A stretch of 64,000 nucleotides of DNA from Dehalococcoidia bacterium (GCA_963662615.2 CAXXSR010000002.1:256001-320000); one strand, 5' to 3'; counted from the stretch's first letter, positions 41,114 through 52,983 are shown. Notes: generated by a model not told the origin, from the sequence alone. A program made the numbers and translations.

Positions 41114-41989
41114 CTAGCCCTGGCGCACGAATTTATCCACGCCACCCAGGTCGTTCAGTCCCACGTAGATATCGCCGCGCGAGTCGACCCAGCTGCCATG
41201 GCCACCACGGCAGGCAAAGCGGGCCTGCACCTCGCCTGCGGTGGTGAGGACGGAGAGGCGCGGCCCCGAGCCCTCCACCGGGCCCTCGCTGACGTACAAG
41301 AGCCCTTCGGCGTCCACGGAGATGTCCATCGGCCGCTGGATGTCCGTCCAGGTCGTGAGATGTTGCCCGTCCCTGCCAAAGAGCTGCAGGCGGTGATTCT
41401 CTCGGTCGCACACATAGACGCGGCCGTCATGCACCAGCAGGCTGTGGGGCAGGTGGAACTGGTTGGGGCCACTCTTCCCGGGCTCGCCCCAGGAGAGCTT
41501 CAGTTCGCCGGCAGGCGAGAAGCGGTGCACGCGCGCGTTGCGATAGCCGTCGGCGACATAGAGGTCGCCCGCGGGGTCAACCACCAGTTCGGCGGGGTAG
41601 TTAAACGGCCCCGCCGCTCTAGGCACCAGCTCTCCCGGTTGCTCACACCCCGTGTCCGAGTGCACGCCATGGCGGCCCAGCATCTGAATGGGCTTGCCAT
41701 CGAGGGTGAACAGGAGACACACGGAGCTGTCGCGATCCGTCAGATAGACGACGTCGTTCGTGATCGAGATGGTATGGGCGAAGAGGAAGGCCCCGTTCCC
41801 CCAGGAGCTGACGTAGGTGCCTTCCGAGTCGAAAATCACGATCGGCGGGCCTTTGCGCTGGAACGCGTAGACCCGGTCTTGGGAGTCGGTGGCCACGGCG
41901 CTGACAAAGCCGAAGGTCTCGCCCGGGGGGAGCTTGGCCCAGTCCTGAATCAGAACGTAGGTATATTTACCGGCGCCCACTGTCGTCAT
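41114..41989 (-). CDS. NHL-repeat (PAL-like) beta-propeller protein
   Basis: DSQDRVY.F.R, FNYP, YVADGYRNARVH, QFHLPH, DRENHR. Confidence 0.88.
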   Translation of the reverse strand: MTTVGAGKYTYVLIQDWAKLPPGETFGFVSAVATDSQDRVYAFQRKGPPIVIFDSEGTYVSSWGNGAFLFAHTISITNDVVYLTDRDSSVCLLFTLDGKPIQMLGRHGVHSDTGCEQPGELVPRAAGPFNYPAELVVDPAGDLYVADGYRNARVHRFSPAGELKLSWGEPGKSGPNQFHLPHSLLVHDGRVYVCDRENHRLQLFGRDGQHLTTWTDIQRPMDISVDAEGLLYVSEGPVEGSGPRLSVLTTAGEVQARFACRGGHGSWVDSRGDIYVGLNDLGGVDKFVRQG

Positions 41990-42464
41990 GGGAGTGCCCT
42001 CCTATCTACGGCCCCCTCCCGCGGGCGGCCCGCTTCAGGCAAGGTAACGCCTCTCCGCCCGCGAACCCAACGCACCAGCTGAGGTGCTGCCGATTCTTTT
42101 TGTCCTGCGCGATGTTCCCCTGACCGTACTCGCGCGACTCCTCCAGTGTCAGCGACGCCCCCTCGCGCTGTCGCACTCACGCGCAGAGCACTGCGCCCAG
42201 ACGGCGCCGCTCCGCCGCGGAAGGCCGCTGGGTTTCGCTCTGACCAGGTCGGAGCGCTGCACGGACGCGAGCGTCGCGCGCGCTCGGGGTGTGGCGCCCT
42301 CGCGCGGGGACGAGCGCTACGCGCTACAGCGGCCGCCATCCGTGCCATGACGTTCGGCGAGCCTCGGAGGCCTCTCGGCGATCACCGCTTCGGAATCACG
42401 CGAGTTCGATGTCGTTGGCGTTCTCAGGGACGTTTCGTAGCGTCAGTGGGACAGGGGCGCGGCA

Positions 42465-43301
42465 CTACTCGTAGACGTGATTGGGCAGGAACTCGATCGC
42501 CCGCACGGCCATCTGCCCACCCGTGTACTGGATGCCGGTTTCGTCGTGTCCGGGAAAGATGAAGCCGTCCGTCTCTTTGGCGATGCTCTCAATCTTTGCG
42601 CCCGAGGCGGCGTGGCTCTCGGCGCTGGAGTTCACGAACTGGGGAACCGGCGGCGGGCCGTAGGCTTCGTGCGTGGCGATGGCGTCGCCGGTGAGGATTG
42701 CCCAGCCTGTCTGGTTGAGGCGGGTCACGATGCCCATGGAGCCGGGTGTATGACCCGGCAGGCTGATCGTCCAGAGGTCTTTGAGGATCTCCTGATCGTC
42801 GTACAGGAGGGTGGGACGCTTGCGCGCCAAGAAGCCCCAGTCCGCCCGGCTGAAGAAGTTGTCCGCTTCCCTGATCTTGCTCACAAACCGATGCTCGTCT
42901 TCGTGGACCAGGATCTCGGCGCCCGCCTCCTCGAAGAGGCGCAGACCGCCCGCATGGTCCGCGTGGAGATGACTGACGATGACGTAGCGGAAGTCCTCCG
43001 GTCCCAGGCCGACGCGCTTCAGACCGCTCTCCAGGAGGACTTCCGGCGTCATCTCACTGAGGTCGCTCATCCCTTGCCACTCGGCCGGCCACTCCGCCTT
43101 GAAGTTCGCGGACATCCCCGTGTCGAAGAGGACCCGGCCCTCCGGGTGCTCGATGATGAACGCGATCGAGGGGCAGCGATACCAGCGCCGCGACGCCTCA
43201 CTACGCCCCGGCAGCAGCAGATCGCTGGGATTGGGGAATCCCAGGAGGGCGTAATCCATGCCCCAGTAACCCAGGTTGAGCCCCTTCAGCTTGATGCCCA
43301 T
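42465..43301 (-). CDS. N-acyl homoserine lactonase family metallo-beta-lactamase fold protein
   Basis: LFDTG, SHLHADHAGG, PGHTPG, LTGDA, PGHD. Confidence 0.88.
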   Translation of the reverse strand: MGIKLKGLNLGYWGMDYALLGFPNPSDLLLPGRSEASRRWYRCPSIAFIIEHPEGRVLFDTGMSANFKAEWPAEWQGMSDLSEMTPEVLLESGLKRVGLGPEDFRYVIVSHLHADHAGGLRLFEEAGAEILVHEDEHRFVSKIREADNFFSRADWGFLARKRPTLLYDDQEILKDLWTISLPGHTPGSMGIVTRLNQTGWAILTGDAIATHEAYGPPPVPQFVNSSAESHAASGAKIESIAKETDGFIFPGHDETGIQYTGGQMAVRAIEFLPNHVYE

Positions 43302-43512
43302 CGTAAACTCCATTCCCTGCGCGGAACCGCCCGCGGGACCTACGCCGCGCCATCGCCCCTCCCGGCGCGGATCGGCTGCGCGGGAGGGAGACGCGTACCG
43401 ACTGCGGATACTCGGGCAGGGATAACAGGTTTCCGTCAGCGCTGCCAGGCGTCGATCCCACACGCTCACACGAGCGAGTGCCAGCAGCGAGTGCTGGGCA
43501 CGGCACAGCAGC

Positions 43513-43627
43513 GCTGAAGCCCGAGATCGCCTTCCGCGTCGATGTGCGAGTTCGGCCATCACAGCAAGTTGAGGGTGAACGGCAGCCTTCACTCGTGGCC
43601 GTGCACGAGGACGGTAATGCCAAGATG
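43513..43627 (+). repeat. 115-bp direct repeat, copy 2 (orphan osmC tail)
   Basis: Encodes LKPEIAFRVDVRVRPSQQVEGE, as at the end of osmC; the TAA stop is TCA here. Confidence 0.9.
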
Positions 43628-43679
43628 ACGACGGGCCGCCCACGCATCGCCCCGTTGGGCGGCTGCCAAGAGGTTCGGG

Positions 43680-44051
43680 CTACTTTGAGGGGACAAACTT
43701 CATCGACAGCGAGTTGACGCAGTGGCGCGTGCTTTTCGCCGTGAGCCTCTCGCCAAGGAACACGTGGCCGAGGTGGCCGCCGCAGTTCGCGCACTCAATC
43801 TCGATGCGCTGGCCGTCCGGGTCGGACAGACGCTTCACGGCACCGGCGACCTCGTCATCGAAGGCCGGCCACCCGCAGTGGGCGTCGAACTTGTCCTCGG
43901 AGCGGTAGAGCTGGGCGTTGCAGCGTCGGCAAACGTAGGCGCCGGCTTCGTAGAAGTCATCGTACTCGCCGGTGAAGGGCGGTTCGGTGTGTTTGGCCTC
44001 GATGACGTACCTCTCGCGCGGCGTGAGCTCGTTGTAGTTCGTGCCTTCCAT
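43680..44051 (-). CDS. msrB: Methionine-R-sulfoxide reductase
   Basis: TEPPFTGEY, YVCRRC, KF..HCGWPAF, CANCGGHLGHVF, RHCVNS. Confidence 0.95.
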   Translation of the reverse strand: MEGTNYNELTPRERYVIEAKHTEPPFTGEYDDFYEAGAYVCRRCNAQLYRSEDKFDAHCGWPAFDDEVAGAVKRLSDPDGQRIEIECANCGGHLGHVFLGERLTAKSTRHCVNSLSMKFVPSK

Positions 44052-44376
44052 GGTTGGAGCGACCGCCTCTCTGAAGCACGTGGTCAGCAGTCTACAGGGA
44101 CCGAGCGGTGCGGTTCTGTCAGATCTCAGACCACGAGTCCTCTGCTCGCGTCGCGCTGACCCGCGACCTGGAGAGGACTTGCCGGTGGACGGTCCGCACT
44201 GTGCCTCCGGAGCGACTAGCCGCCGGGGGCGGCGAAGCTCCCTCGGGTGCCGCACGTTCGCCTGCGGGGCCGCCTTGGCTGAAGGTTGGCAGGCCGAGGT
44301 CGCCTTCTGCTCCACTTTGACCCCGTAACGTTTGCATTCCTCCGCTGTCTACAGATGGACGATCAGGAGGGCGATC

Positions 44377-44757
44377 GTGCGTGGGACCCTCGGCACAGCC
44401 ATGACCGCGAGTGTCGTGCTGATCGCGGCCGCTCTGGCGGCGGCCGGCGGATCGCTGCGTGCTGACAGCCCTGCGGGCGAGGAAGTCTCTGTAATTGAAG
44501 ATCTGACCGCGCCGCTCGACGGGGAAGCGCTCGCGGCCGTCGAGGATCTCACGGCCGCCGCCACCGGCGCGGGTGTTCCGGCGGTTGAACGCCTTGATGA
44601 ACGTTCATCAGGCGAGGCGCAACCGGCCAGCGGTGAGCCACTCCCAGAGGCAGCCGGCGTGGCGCATGACGCAGCTCCGTCCGCATTGCCGGGACCCGTT
44701 GCGCTTCCGAACACCGGCTCTGGGGGGCTCGCAGCTTCTCCACCCGGGTGGTCGTGA
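44377..44757 (+). CDS. Small exported protein ending in an LPNTG motif but lacking the following TM anchor (possibly truncated)
   Basis: AGGAGG RBS; hydrophobic signal; C-terminal VALPNTGSGGLAA then a stop. Confidence 0.55.
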   Translation: MRGTLGTAMTASVVLIAAALAAAGGSLRADSPAGEEVSVIEDLTAPLDGEALAAVEDLTAAATGAGVPAVERLDERSSGEAQPASGEPLPEAAGVAHDAAPSALPGPVALPNTGSGGLAASPPGWS

Positions 44758-44930
44758 TACGCATTCGAGGATGCGCACGCTGAGATCCCAGCGGTGAAGT
44801 GGGGCCAGCGCGCACCTTGTTTGTGTCCCAATCCTTATTCGGCCAGGCCTATACGCCTTTCATTGCGACATTGCGCCGAAACCACACGGAGAGAGCTGTC
44901 CGTTCCGGGGGTCGCGTCCTGCATCAGTAC

Positions 44931-44990
44931 TGCCTTGAATTGAACTTTCCGTCGGAGAGGTCTGTCCGACCTAGGGTCCAAATCAGGGGC
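44931..44990. repeat. REP-like palindrome, full copy
   Basis: TGCCTTGAATTGAACTTTCC-GTCGGAGAGGTCTGTCCGAC-CTAGGGTCCAAATCAGGGGC. Confidence 0.75.
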
Positions 44991-45057
44991 CGAGACTACC
45001 CCCGTCCTGTGCTGCATGGATACGGCCACGGGGACGATTGGGTCGGTCGGACGCTGT

Positions 45058-45084
45058 CACAGACACATTTATCCGGCATAGAGT
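45058..45084. repeat. REP-like palindrome, degenerate copy
   Basis: CACAGACACATTTATCCGGCATAGAGT matches the consensus at 20/27 positions. Confidence 0.45.
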
Positions 45085-45194
45085 CGAGCGTGGGATCCGC
45101 CGCCGGATAGTGGTCAAATCTGGAGTGTCTGCCTGACAACCCAATCTTTTCACGCCGGAGAAGAAGCGAATTTCGGACTGCGCACACCGGCGCG

Positions 45195-46634
<1,440 letters not shown>

Positions 46635-46831
46635 CGGGACCCCGCTTCCTGACACTCGCTCGGGCGTCGGCAGTCTAACTCCGACGGCCGGGAGATCGCT
46701 GGTGATCTCCGCCCGCACGACGCCGACGGTTGCTACGCTGCGGTGAAGAGGCAATATTCATGAGGGATTCTGAGCACGTACGCAGACTGATTCTCGGCGT
46801 TGGTTGTGCTTGCGATTTTGGTTGGGCACGA

Positions 46832-46868
46832 TCGAGATCTCCCCACAAAGTCCGACACTATGACGGGC
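46832..46868. repeat. REP-like element, degenerate flank copy
   Basis: TCGAGATC..CAAAGTCCGA..CTATGACGG resembles 49116-49150. Confidence 0.45.
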
Positions 46869-46995
46869 GTGATGTGGACAGGGAGGCTGCCAGCAGAGCG
46901 CGGTGCATGCCCGACTCTAGGTGGCGGCCTGATCGGGAGCTTCGACCCGCCTCCGCGGGTCGTTGACAAAGAGAGCGAGCGATCAAGGAGGAGAG

Positions 46996-47523
46996 ATGAC
47001 CACCATCGACTACATCCAGGGCACTCTGGACTTCGTGCATCGCGCTCTGGTCGACGCCCGCGAGGGGACGGACGAGCAATTGCACTTTGTCCCAGATCAT
47101 GGGAGCCACTCGATCGCTTGGTGCCTCTGGCACACAGCCCGCGTTGAGGACCTCATCGTGAACGCTCGCATTCGCGGCGAGTCACCGATCTGGAACGAGC
47201 GGTGGGCGGAACAGACTGGTCTCCCGGCCGACGGATTTGGCACTGGGCAGTCCGACGAGGAGGCACAGCAGGTCCACATTGCCTCGATGGAGGCACTCGC
47301 CGAGTACCAGGGGGCGGTGTGGGCGCAGACCGCCGAGTACCTCGACGGTGCGACCGATGCGGACCTCGAGCGTGAAGTGCCGGCCCGCCAGGGGACTGAG
47401 ACGGTCGGCCAGGCCATCTCCCTGCACATGCTGGGGCACTTCAACGGCCACCGCGGCGAGATCAACACGCTGCGCGGCATACAGGGCATGCCGACCGTGA
47501 TGGCGGCACAAGGAACCCACTAA
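46996..47523 (+). CDS. DinB family protein
   Basis: SIAWCLWHTARVED...H...HRGEI; AAGGAGG RBS. Confidence 0.88.
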   Translation: MTTIDYIQGTLDFVHRALVDAREGTDEQLHFVPDHGSHSIAWCLWHTARVEDLIVNARIRGESPIWNERWAEQTGLPADGFGTGQSDEEAQQVHIASMEALAEYQGAVWAQTAEYLDGATDADLEREVPARQGTETVGQAISLHMLGHFNGHRGEINTLRGIQGMPTVMAAQGTH

Positions 47524-47786
47524 GGCGTCCAGGGAGCACCCCGACCCTGCAGGAGCAGGCGGCGCTCCGCTCTGCGGTTGCTGATGTTGGCGGCCGCGGC
47601 AACCTTCCCTGCCCAAAACGCCCTATCTCCGCGTCGTCTTCAAGTCCGGTCAACCTTGTCTTTCTCGAAGTGGCAGGGAACGGGCCGCGCGTGGTGGTCG
47701 TCGGCGTCATCAGCTCCGAGGGAACGATCGGGTTCCTTGAAGTCCCCGCCAACGACTCCCCGTGAGGATCAGCAGGCCAGCCTCCG

Positions 47787-47817
47787 GCCCTGTACCGAAC
47801 TCTATGTCGGACAGGTC
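47787..47817. repeat. REP-like palindrome, left-half copy
   Basis: GCCCTGTACCGAACTCTATGTCGGACAGGTC. Confidence 0.65.
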
Positions 47818-47865
47818 GGTCATCCTGTGGAACCGCGCCCGTGTCCTGCAACAGGGAGCGGGTCG

Positions 47866-48879
47866 CTAATTGCTTGCCCGGCGCCACTTGCGCAGGCTGA
47901 CCACCTCCCGGGGCGGCTTCATGCGGCTGCCCACTTCGACGTAGGACACCTCCGCGACGTAGATGTCGCCGCGCGAATCGGTCGCGATGGAGTGGGGCCA
48001 GAGAAACCGCTCAGGCGATTCCCCAGGCAACGAGGCGCCGATCCGTGTGACGAGCTCCCCTTCAGGGGTGTAGATCGAGACCCGGTGCCCCAAGTTGGGC
48101 ACGCCCAACTGAACCGGCGGCGGGCCCTGTTCGGCGATATAGAGGTGGTCGTCATCACCGCGACCGCGAGTGACCGCGACGGCGTGATGCACGTGCCATG
48201 CGCGCACGAACTCGCCTTCGACCGTGAATTGCTGGACGCGGTGGTTCTCCCGATCGCAGACGATGACGTGGGAATCGTCGACCATGGCGATGTTGTGGGG
48301 CAGGCTGAATTGACCGTGGTCGGAGCCGGGCTCGCCCCAGGAAAGAATGTGCTGGCCGTCGGCGGCGTAGCGATGGACGCGGGAGTTGCCGTAGCCGTCG
48401 CTGACGAAGATGTCGCCGTTGGCCTGGGAGATGGCGAGGTCAGTGGGCTTGTTGAAGGGGTCGCCGCTCTGGGGTGGCGCCGGGTCGCCGCTGCCGAGCG
48501 TCATCACCGGCGTGCCCGAGCGGTCGGTTTTGGTCAGTTTGTGCATGTGTACGTCGACGAGCCAGAGGTAATCGTCGGGGTCGACGCGCACGGAGTGGGG
48601 CCAGCCGAAGCGGACACCGCGCCAGACCAGGCGGGTGACGCCATAGGGGTCGACGATCTCGTCCATGTCGCCGTGCGGCGTGTCGTTGCCCCAGTGGTCG
48701 ATCATGTGGCCGTCGGCGTCGAATACCAGCATGGGCATGTTGCCCCGGTTGAAAACGTAGACGCGGTCCTGGGAGTCCACGGCGACCGAGGTAGCCTCGC
48801 GGAGCCAGAAGCCGTGTGGGATCTTGGCCCAGCCCGGTACCGGTTCGTAGGTCGTGGCGGTGGTGGGGGGTCCCGGCAT
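47866..48879 (-). CDS. NHL-repeat (PAL-like) beta-propeller protein
   Basis: DSQDRVYVFNRG, FNKPTD, SDGYGNSRVH, QFSLPH, DRENHR, DSRGDIYVAEVS. Confidence 0.9.
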   Translation of the reverse strand: MPGPPTTATTYEPVPGWAKIPHGFWLREATSVAVDSQDRVYVFNRGNMPMLVFDADGHMIDHWGNDTPHGDMDEIVDPYGVTRLVWRGVRFGWPHSVRVDPDDYLWLVDVHMHKLTKTDRSGTPVMTLGSGDPAPPQSGDPFNKPTDLAISQANGDIFVSDGYGNSRVHRYAADGQHILSWGEPGSDHGQFSLPHNIAMVDDSHVIVCDRENHRVQQFTVEGEFVRAWHVHHAVAVTRGRGDDDHLYIAEQGPPPVQLGVPNLGHRVSIYTPEGELVTRIGASLPGESPERFLWPHSIATDSRGDIYVAEVSYVEVGSRMKPPREVVSLRKWRRASN

Positions 48880-49115
48880 GGTTCTCGTCCTCCCTGCTTG
48901 GTGGGCGCGCCCGTCGGTGGATCCGACGCCCGACTCTTTTTGGTCGCGCGCCCGGCGGTTGGCTGCTCATGTGGAATCGTGAGGGCAAATCAGGATCGCT
49001 TTCCGGCGGGCACCAAGCGATCGGGCCGGCAGGGCCATTAGGCTTCGTTCATTCGTCTTATCCTTTTGGTTGATCCAATGGGCCCGCAGTGGAGCGCGCC
49101 TCCCGAATCGCCGCG

Positions 49116-49238
49116 TCGAGATCAGCGCAAAGTCCGATTCTACGTCGGACAGGTCTATCCGACTTAGCACCGGATGTTGGAAGATCAGGACCTAAGTCGG
49201 ACTCTATGTCGGATAGACCTGTCCGAGATAGAAATCGA
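49116..49238. repeat. Pair of REP-like palindromes in inverted orientation (BIME/MITE-like)
   Basis: GTCGGACAGGTCTATCCGAC (49144-49163) and its near-perfect reverse complement GTCGGATAGACCTGTCCGAG (49208-49227), with complementary flanks. Confidence 0.85.
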
Positions 49239-49320
49239 TTCTCGTCCTAACTGGGTCGATTGTAACCAACCGCTGTTCGAGGTGCGGTGGGAAGCCTCAC
49301 GGCATGAGGAGGGGACCGGC

Positions 49321-49809
49321 ATGACCGAGCTTGTTTCGATGGCCCAGACGATCGGCGCCCTCTTGAAGGAACGGGGCGAAACGGTGGCGGTGTCGGAATC
49401 GTCCTCGGGGGGGCTGGTCTCGGCGGCCCTGTTGGCGGTACCAGGCGCGTCGGCGTATTTCGTGGGCGGCGGCGTCATCTATACCCAGACCGCGCGCCAC
49501 GTCCTGCTGGCTCTCGATCTCAAGGATCATCCGGGGGTGCGCTCCAGCAGCGAAGCCTACGCGCGATTGGCGGCGTCGGCGCTGCGCGGTCGCCTCGGGA
49601 CGACATGGGGGCTCAGCGAAACCGGTGCCGCTGGCCCCGCGGGAAATCGCTATGGCGATGCGGCCGGCCATACCTGCATCGCCGTCGCCGGCGCGGCCGA
49701 ACATTCCGAAACCCTCGAGACCGGCGTGGCGGACCGCGAAGAGAACATGTGGTTGTTCGCTCAGAAAACCCTCGAGGTGTTCGAGCAAGTCGTTCGTGGC
49801 GCTGGCTGA
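49321..49809 (+). CDS. CinA C-terminal/PncC-like protein
   Basis: VAVSESSSGGL, VPGASAYF.GG, ETGAAGP. Confidence 0.88.
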   Translation: MTELVSMAQTIGALLKERGETVAVSESSSGGLVSAALLAVPGASAYFVGGGVIYTQTARHVLLALDLKDHPGVRSSSEAYARLAASALRGRLGTTWGLSETGAAGPAGNRYGDAAGHTCIAVAGAAEHSETLETGVADREENMWLFAQKTLEVFEQVVRGAG

Positions 49810-50081
49810 TGCTGGTGCTGGCTGATGCGATCGCGAGTCTTGCATGGGGGTTTCGACGCCATGACCGGCGAGTACAGCGTCCCCGGGTGACGGTGCGTGC
49901 GGCCGCGGGTTTGGGCACCTGCTTGGGCAGCAGGGGCTCCTTCGCACGCCGAGGACCCACGCGCGCCGCCGACGTATCAAGTGCTCAGACGACTATGGAG
50001 AGGGGTCCGGCCAGCTGGGCACGTCCTCTGGTAGGATCGTGCCGGACAGGGACGCTCCCTCCACGAAGAGTGAGGCCACGC

Positions 50082-50390
50082 ATGTGGGGAATGATCGCGC
50101 GCATGCAGGTCAGAGCGGATGTCCCCGAAGCGTATCTGCTGGCGCAGGTGAACGCGTTCAGCAGCAACCGCATGAACGGCATGGTGAGCGTCACCTTCTA
50201 CCGTTCCGATGGCGACCCGCGCGAGCTCTGGATGGTCGCGATGTTCGAGAGTCAGGAAGCGTACCGAAAGAACGCGGAGAGCCCAGCTCAGCACTCGGTG
50301 TATCTGACCCTTCGGGCGTGCCTCGAGCGCGACATCGAGTGGCACGACGTGGATGCGATCGGGTCAATGGGCAGGGCCCAGCCGAAATAG
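50082..50390 (+). CDS. ABM-like dimeric alpha+beta barrel protein
   Basis: FESQEAYRKNAESPAQH...IEWHD pattern. Confidence 0.6.
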   Translation: MWGMIARMQVRADVPEAYLLAQVNAFSSNRMNGMVSVTFYRSDGDPRELWMVAMFESQEAYRKNAESPAQHSVYLTLRACLERDIEWHDVDAIGSMGRAQPK

Positions 50391-50743
50391 TCCGTCCCGG
50401 AAACCGCCGGGGCACAGAGACGGCGCGTCAATGATGGCCGCAGTGTAGGCGGTCTCGAGAGCATCGGTCGCTCGTCGACTGTCCTCAGCACACATAGCGG
50501 AGTCAACTAGCGCAGCACGCGTGGCAAGCCGTGCCGCGGGGCTGCAAGCGGCATGCGCGGCGGCCGCCTTGGCCGCATCGTAGGTCGCCGAGTCCCGCTG
50601 CACCATCGCCGCCGTGCTGGGCCTGGGTCAGGCAGCGATTCGCTTCGTGACGCGGACCTAGCTCGACTCAACGGCCTGCTTCAGTATCCGCACCGTGTTG
50701 GGCGCCTCCTTGCGGAAGTTTCGCTCGGTGCGTCTCTGTGCCG

Positions 50744-50792
50744 TGCCTTGAATCGAACTCGACGTCGGACAGTACTGTCCGACAGAGAGTTA
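50744..50792. repeat. REP-like palindrome, full copy
   Basis: TGCCTTGAATCGAACTCGAC-GTCGGACAGTACTGTCCGAC (perfect 20-bp palindrome)-AGAGAGTTA. Confidence 0.8.
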
Positions 50793-50971
50793 CTCGGCCT
50801 TGTCGCTCCGCCGCAGCGACGATTGCCTCCAGGGGATATGTACGAATACATCGGGGCGGCGTGAACGGCGATGCGGGCGACCTCCGCGCCGTCATTGATC
50901 CCGGACGCCCGCGATTGACCCTTCCGCCCGTCGCCCTTGCGCGCACCCCACCTGGTTGCCGAATCAGGCGG

Positions 50972-51419
50972 TCAGCGGATGGCCGCGCCGGCGGGCTGAA
51001 ACTCCGGCATCACCGCGCTCGCGGACCACTGCAGCTGCTCGATGATCACCTGCTGCGGCGTGGCCATACTCGCCTGGACGTTGACCATTTCGAGGCCCGG
51101 CGCGGCGTCACCCAGTGCATGCAGGTACTCGATGAATCCCTGGGGCGGACCGCAATACCAGCTGCGGTTCTCGCAGGCCTCGTCGAGGGCCGGGATGCCC
51201 GCCGCGGCCCAGCCGCCGCGCTGTGCGACCGCGTCGAGTTGCTCGTCGCTGAGGCCGCGGAAGAAGCCGATCGGGGCGAACATCTTGATGTGTTCCTCGT
51301 AGAACGGGGTCGCTTCCTTGATCGCCTGTGCCTTGGTGTCGGCGAGGTGGAAGTTGACCCCGACGGCGAGCCCTTCGCCGAGCTTGGCCTCGATGCCGGC
51401 GCGACCGAGCGCGCCGGCC
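50972..51419 (-). pseudogene. C-terminal remnant of an LLM-class flavin-dependent oxidoreductase
   Basis: FHLADT..QAI.EA, WYCGPP, EQLQW.A..VMPEF; N-terminal part missing. Confidence 0.7.
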
Positions 51420-52122
51420 CTGGGCGCAACGCTGAGGCAAGCGCATCGCACTCAGGGCGAGGTGTTGCACTGGGTTCATCAGGCGCCGAAACCCAAACCG
51501 CGGCGCCTGGTCTTCCTCTGCGACATCTCCGGCTCCATGAACCAGTACTCGCGGGCGACGTTATTGTTCCTGCACACGGCCGTGCGCTCACGCCGCAATG
51601 TGGAGGCGTTCTGCTTCGGAACGCGGCTTACTCAAAGTCACACGAGAACTGGGCAGCGGATCGCCCGAGGACGCCCTGCAGCGCGCCGCCGCGACCGTCG
51701 TTGATTGGTCCGAAGGGACACGCCTGGGCCAGTGTCTACAGGCGTTCTGCGCTCGCTGGGGGCAGCCGGGCCTGGCCCGCGGGGCGGTGGTCGTGATCAT
51801 GTCCGACGGCTGGGACCGCGGGGACCCGGCGTTGCTGGCCGAACAGATGGCGCGCTTGCGCCGCCTGACCCATCGCATTATCTGGGTGAACCCGTGCAAG
51901 GGCTCGGCGGAGTACGAACCGTTGGCGCTGGGGATGTCGACGGCGCTGCCCTACGTCGACGAGTTTCTGGCGGGCCACAACCTGGCCAGCCTAGAATCCC
52001 TGGCTGTGGTCATCGGCGACGCGCTAGGGCGGCGCCCGCCGGGCAGGTGGCGACCTTTCAAAAATGCGCCAGTCGCGTTCACCGATTTACCGGTGCGAGG
52101 GCTGACAGGACCAGTCCGCTAG
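51420..52122 (+). pseudogene. CoxE-like VWA domain remnant, 5' truncated and frameshifted
   Basis: PRRLVFLCDISGSM, EAFCFGTRLT, frameshift near 51633, then WSEGTRLG, SDGWDRGD, WVNP, ALPYVD. Confidence 0.8.
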
Positions 52123-52319
52123 CCGTGGGAGGGCAAGACCCCATCGCTATCTGGTACGCAATGTCTGAATCCGACGCGGATGGAGTTTTAAGCCACCACA
52201 GGTTTGAGGCCGGCACAACCACAAGATCTATGAATGACCCGCGTCGCACCGCCCCCGCCAGGCGCCGCACGATCCTGCGGGAGCCAGTGGAGGCCGCGTG
52301 GCCGCTCGGAGCCGGCTAG

Positions 52320-52983
52320 ACATCGGCGGGATGGCGTTGAGGTGCTGCTCCCGAAGATCGTCACGCGTCGGTCCAGGGAGCGGGAGCTCACCCGCCAAAA
52401 TATCGTAGGCAATAACACCAAAGGCGTAGACATCCGTCGCGGAGGCGGGCCGCCCCGGGCGCCACTGTTCCGGCGCCGCCTACGGCGCGGTCATGGCGAG
52501 TCTCTTCGTATCAGGTCTCGTGGTCTCCTCAGCCTACCTGGAAATGCCGAGATCGGTGAGGCACCATTCGCCACCGAGGAGGAGGACGTTCTCTGGTTTG
52601 ACGTCGCGGTGGACGACGCCGAGGTCGTCGAGCGTAAGCACAGCCTCCGCCACATTAGACAAGATTGCTACCGCGGTGTCTGGCTGTGACCGCTGCCGCT
52701 CCAGCTCATCTCGAAGCAACCGATCGGCCCTCGGCATCGCGAGAACCCACTCGTCACGCGTCTCGACCCAGTCGATGATCGGAACGACGTTGGGAGCGTC
52801 GTGCAGGGACTCTGAATCGGCGAACAGGAGCTCCCGCTCGGCGGATGGATCTTTCAGGACTAACTTCAGCGCGCCTGGCTGCCCGTCTGGGCCAGCCGCG
52901 GCATGGACCCGGCCAAAGCCACCTCGGCCGATGACGTCATGAACCTCCCACGTACCGCGTTCAAGCTGAACCGTCATTGCCAT
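52320..52983 (-). pseudogene. Ser/Thr protein kinase pseudogene with two in-frame TAG codons
   Basis: GRGGFGRV, ALK, HRDVKPEN, DLGISR*, AP*AAPEQW, ATDVYAFG; similarity ends near 52320. Confidence 0.85.

Noticed and set aside
50391-50970. Short ORFs between the ABM-like gene and the LLM remnant
   Set aside because: No recognisable family or RBS support; probably decayed sequence
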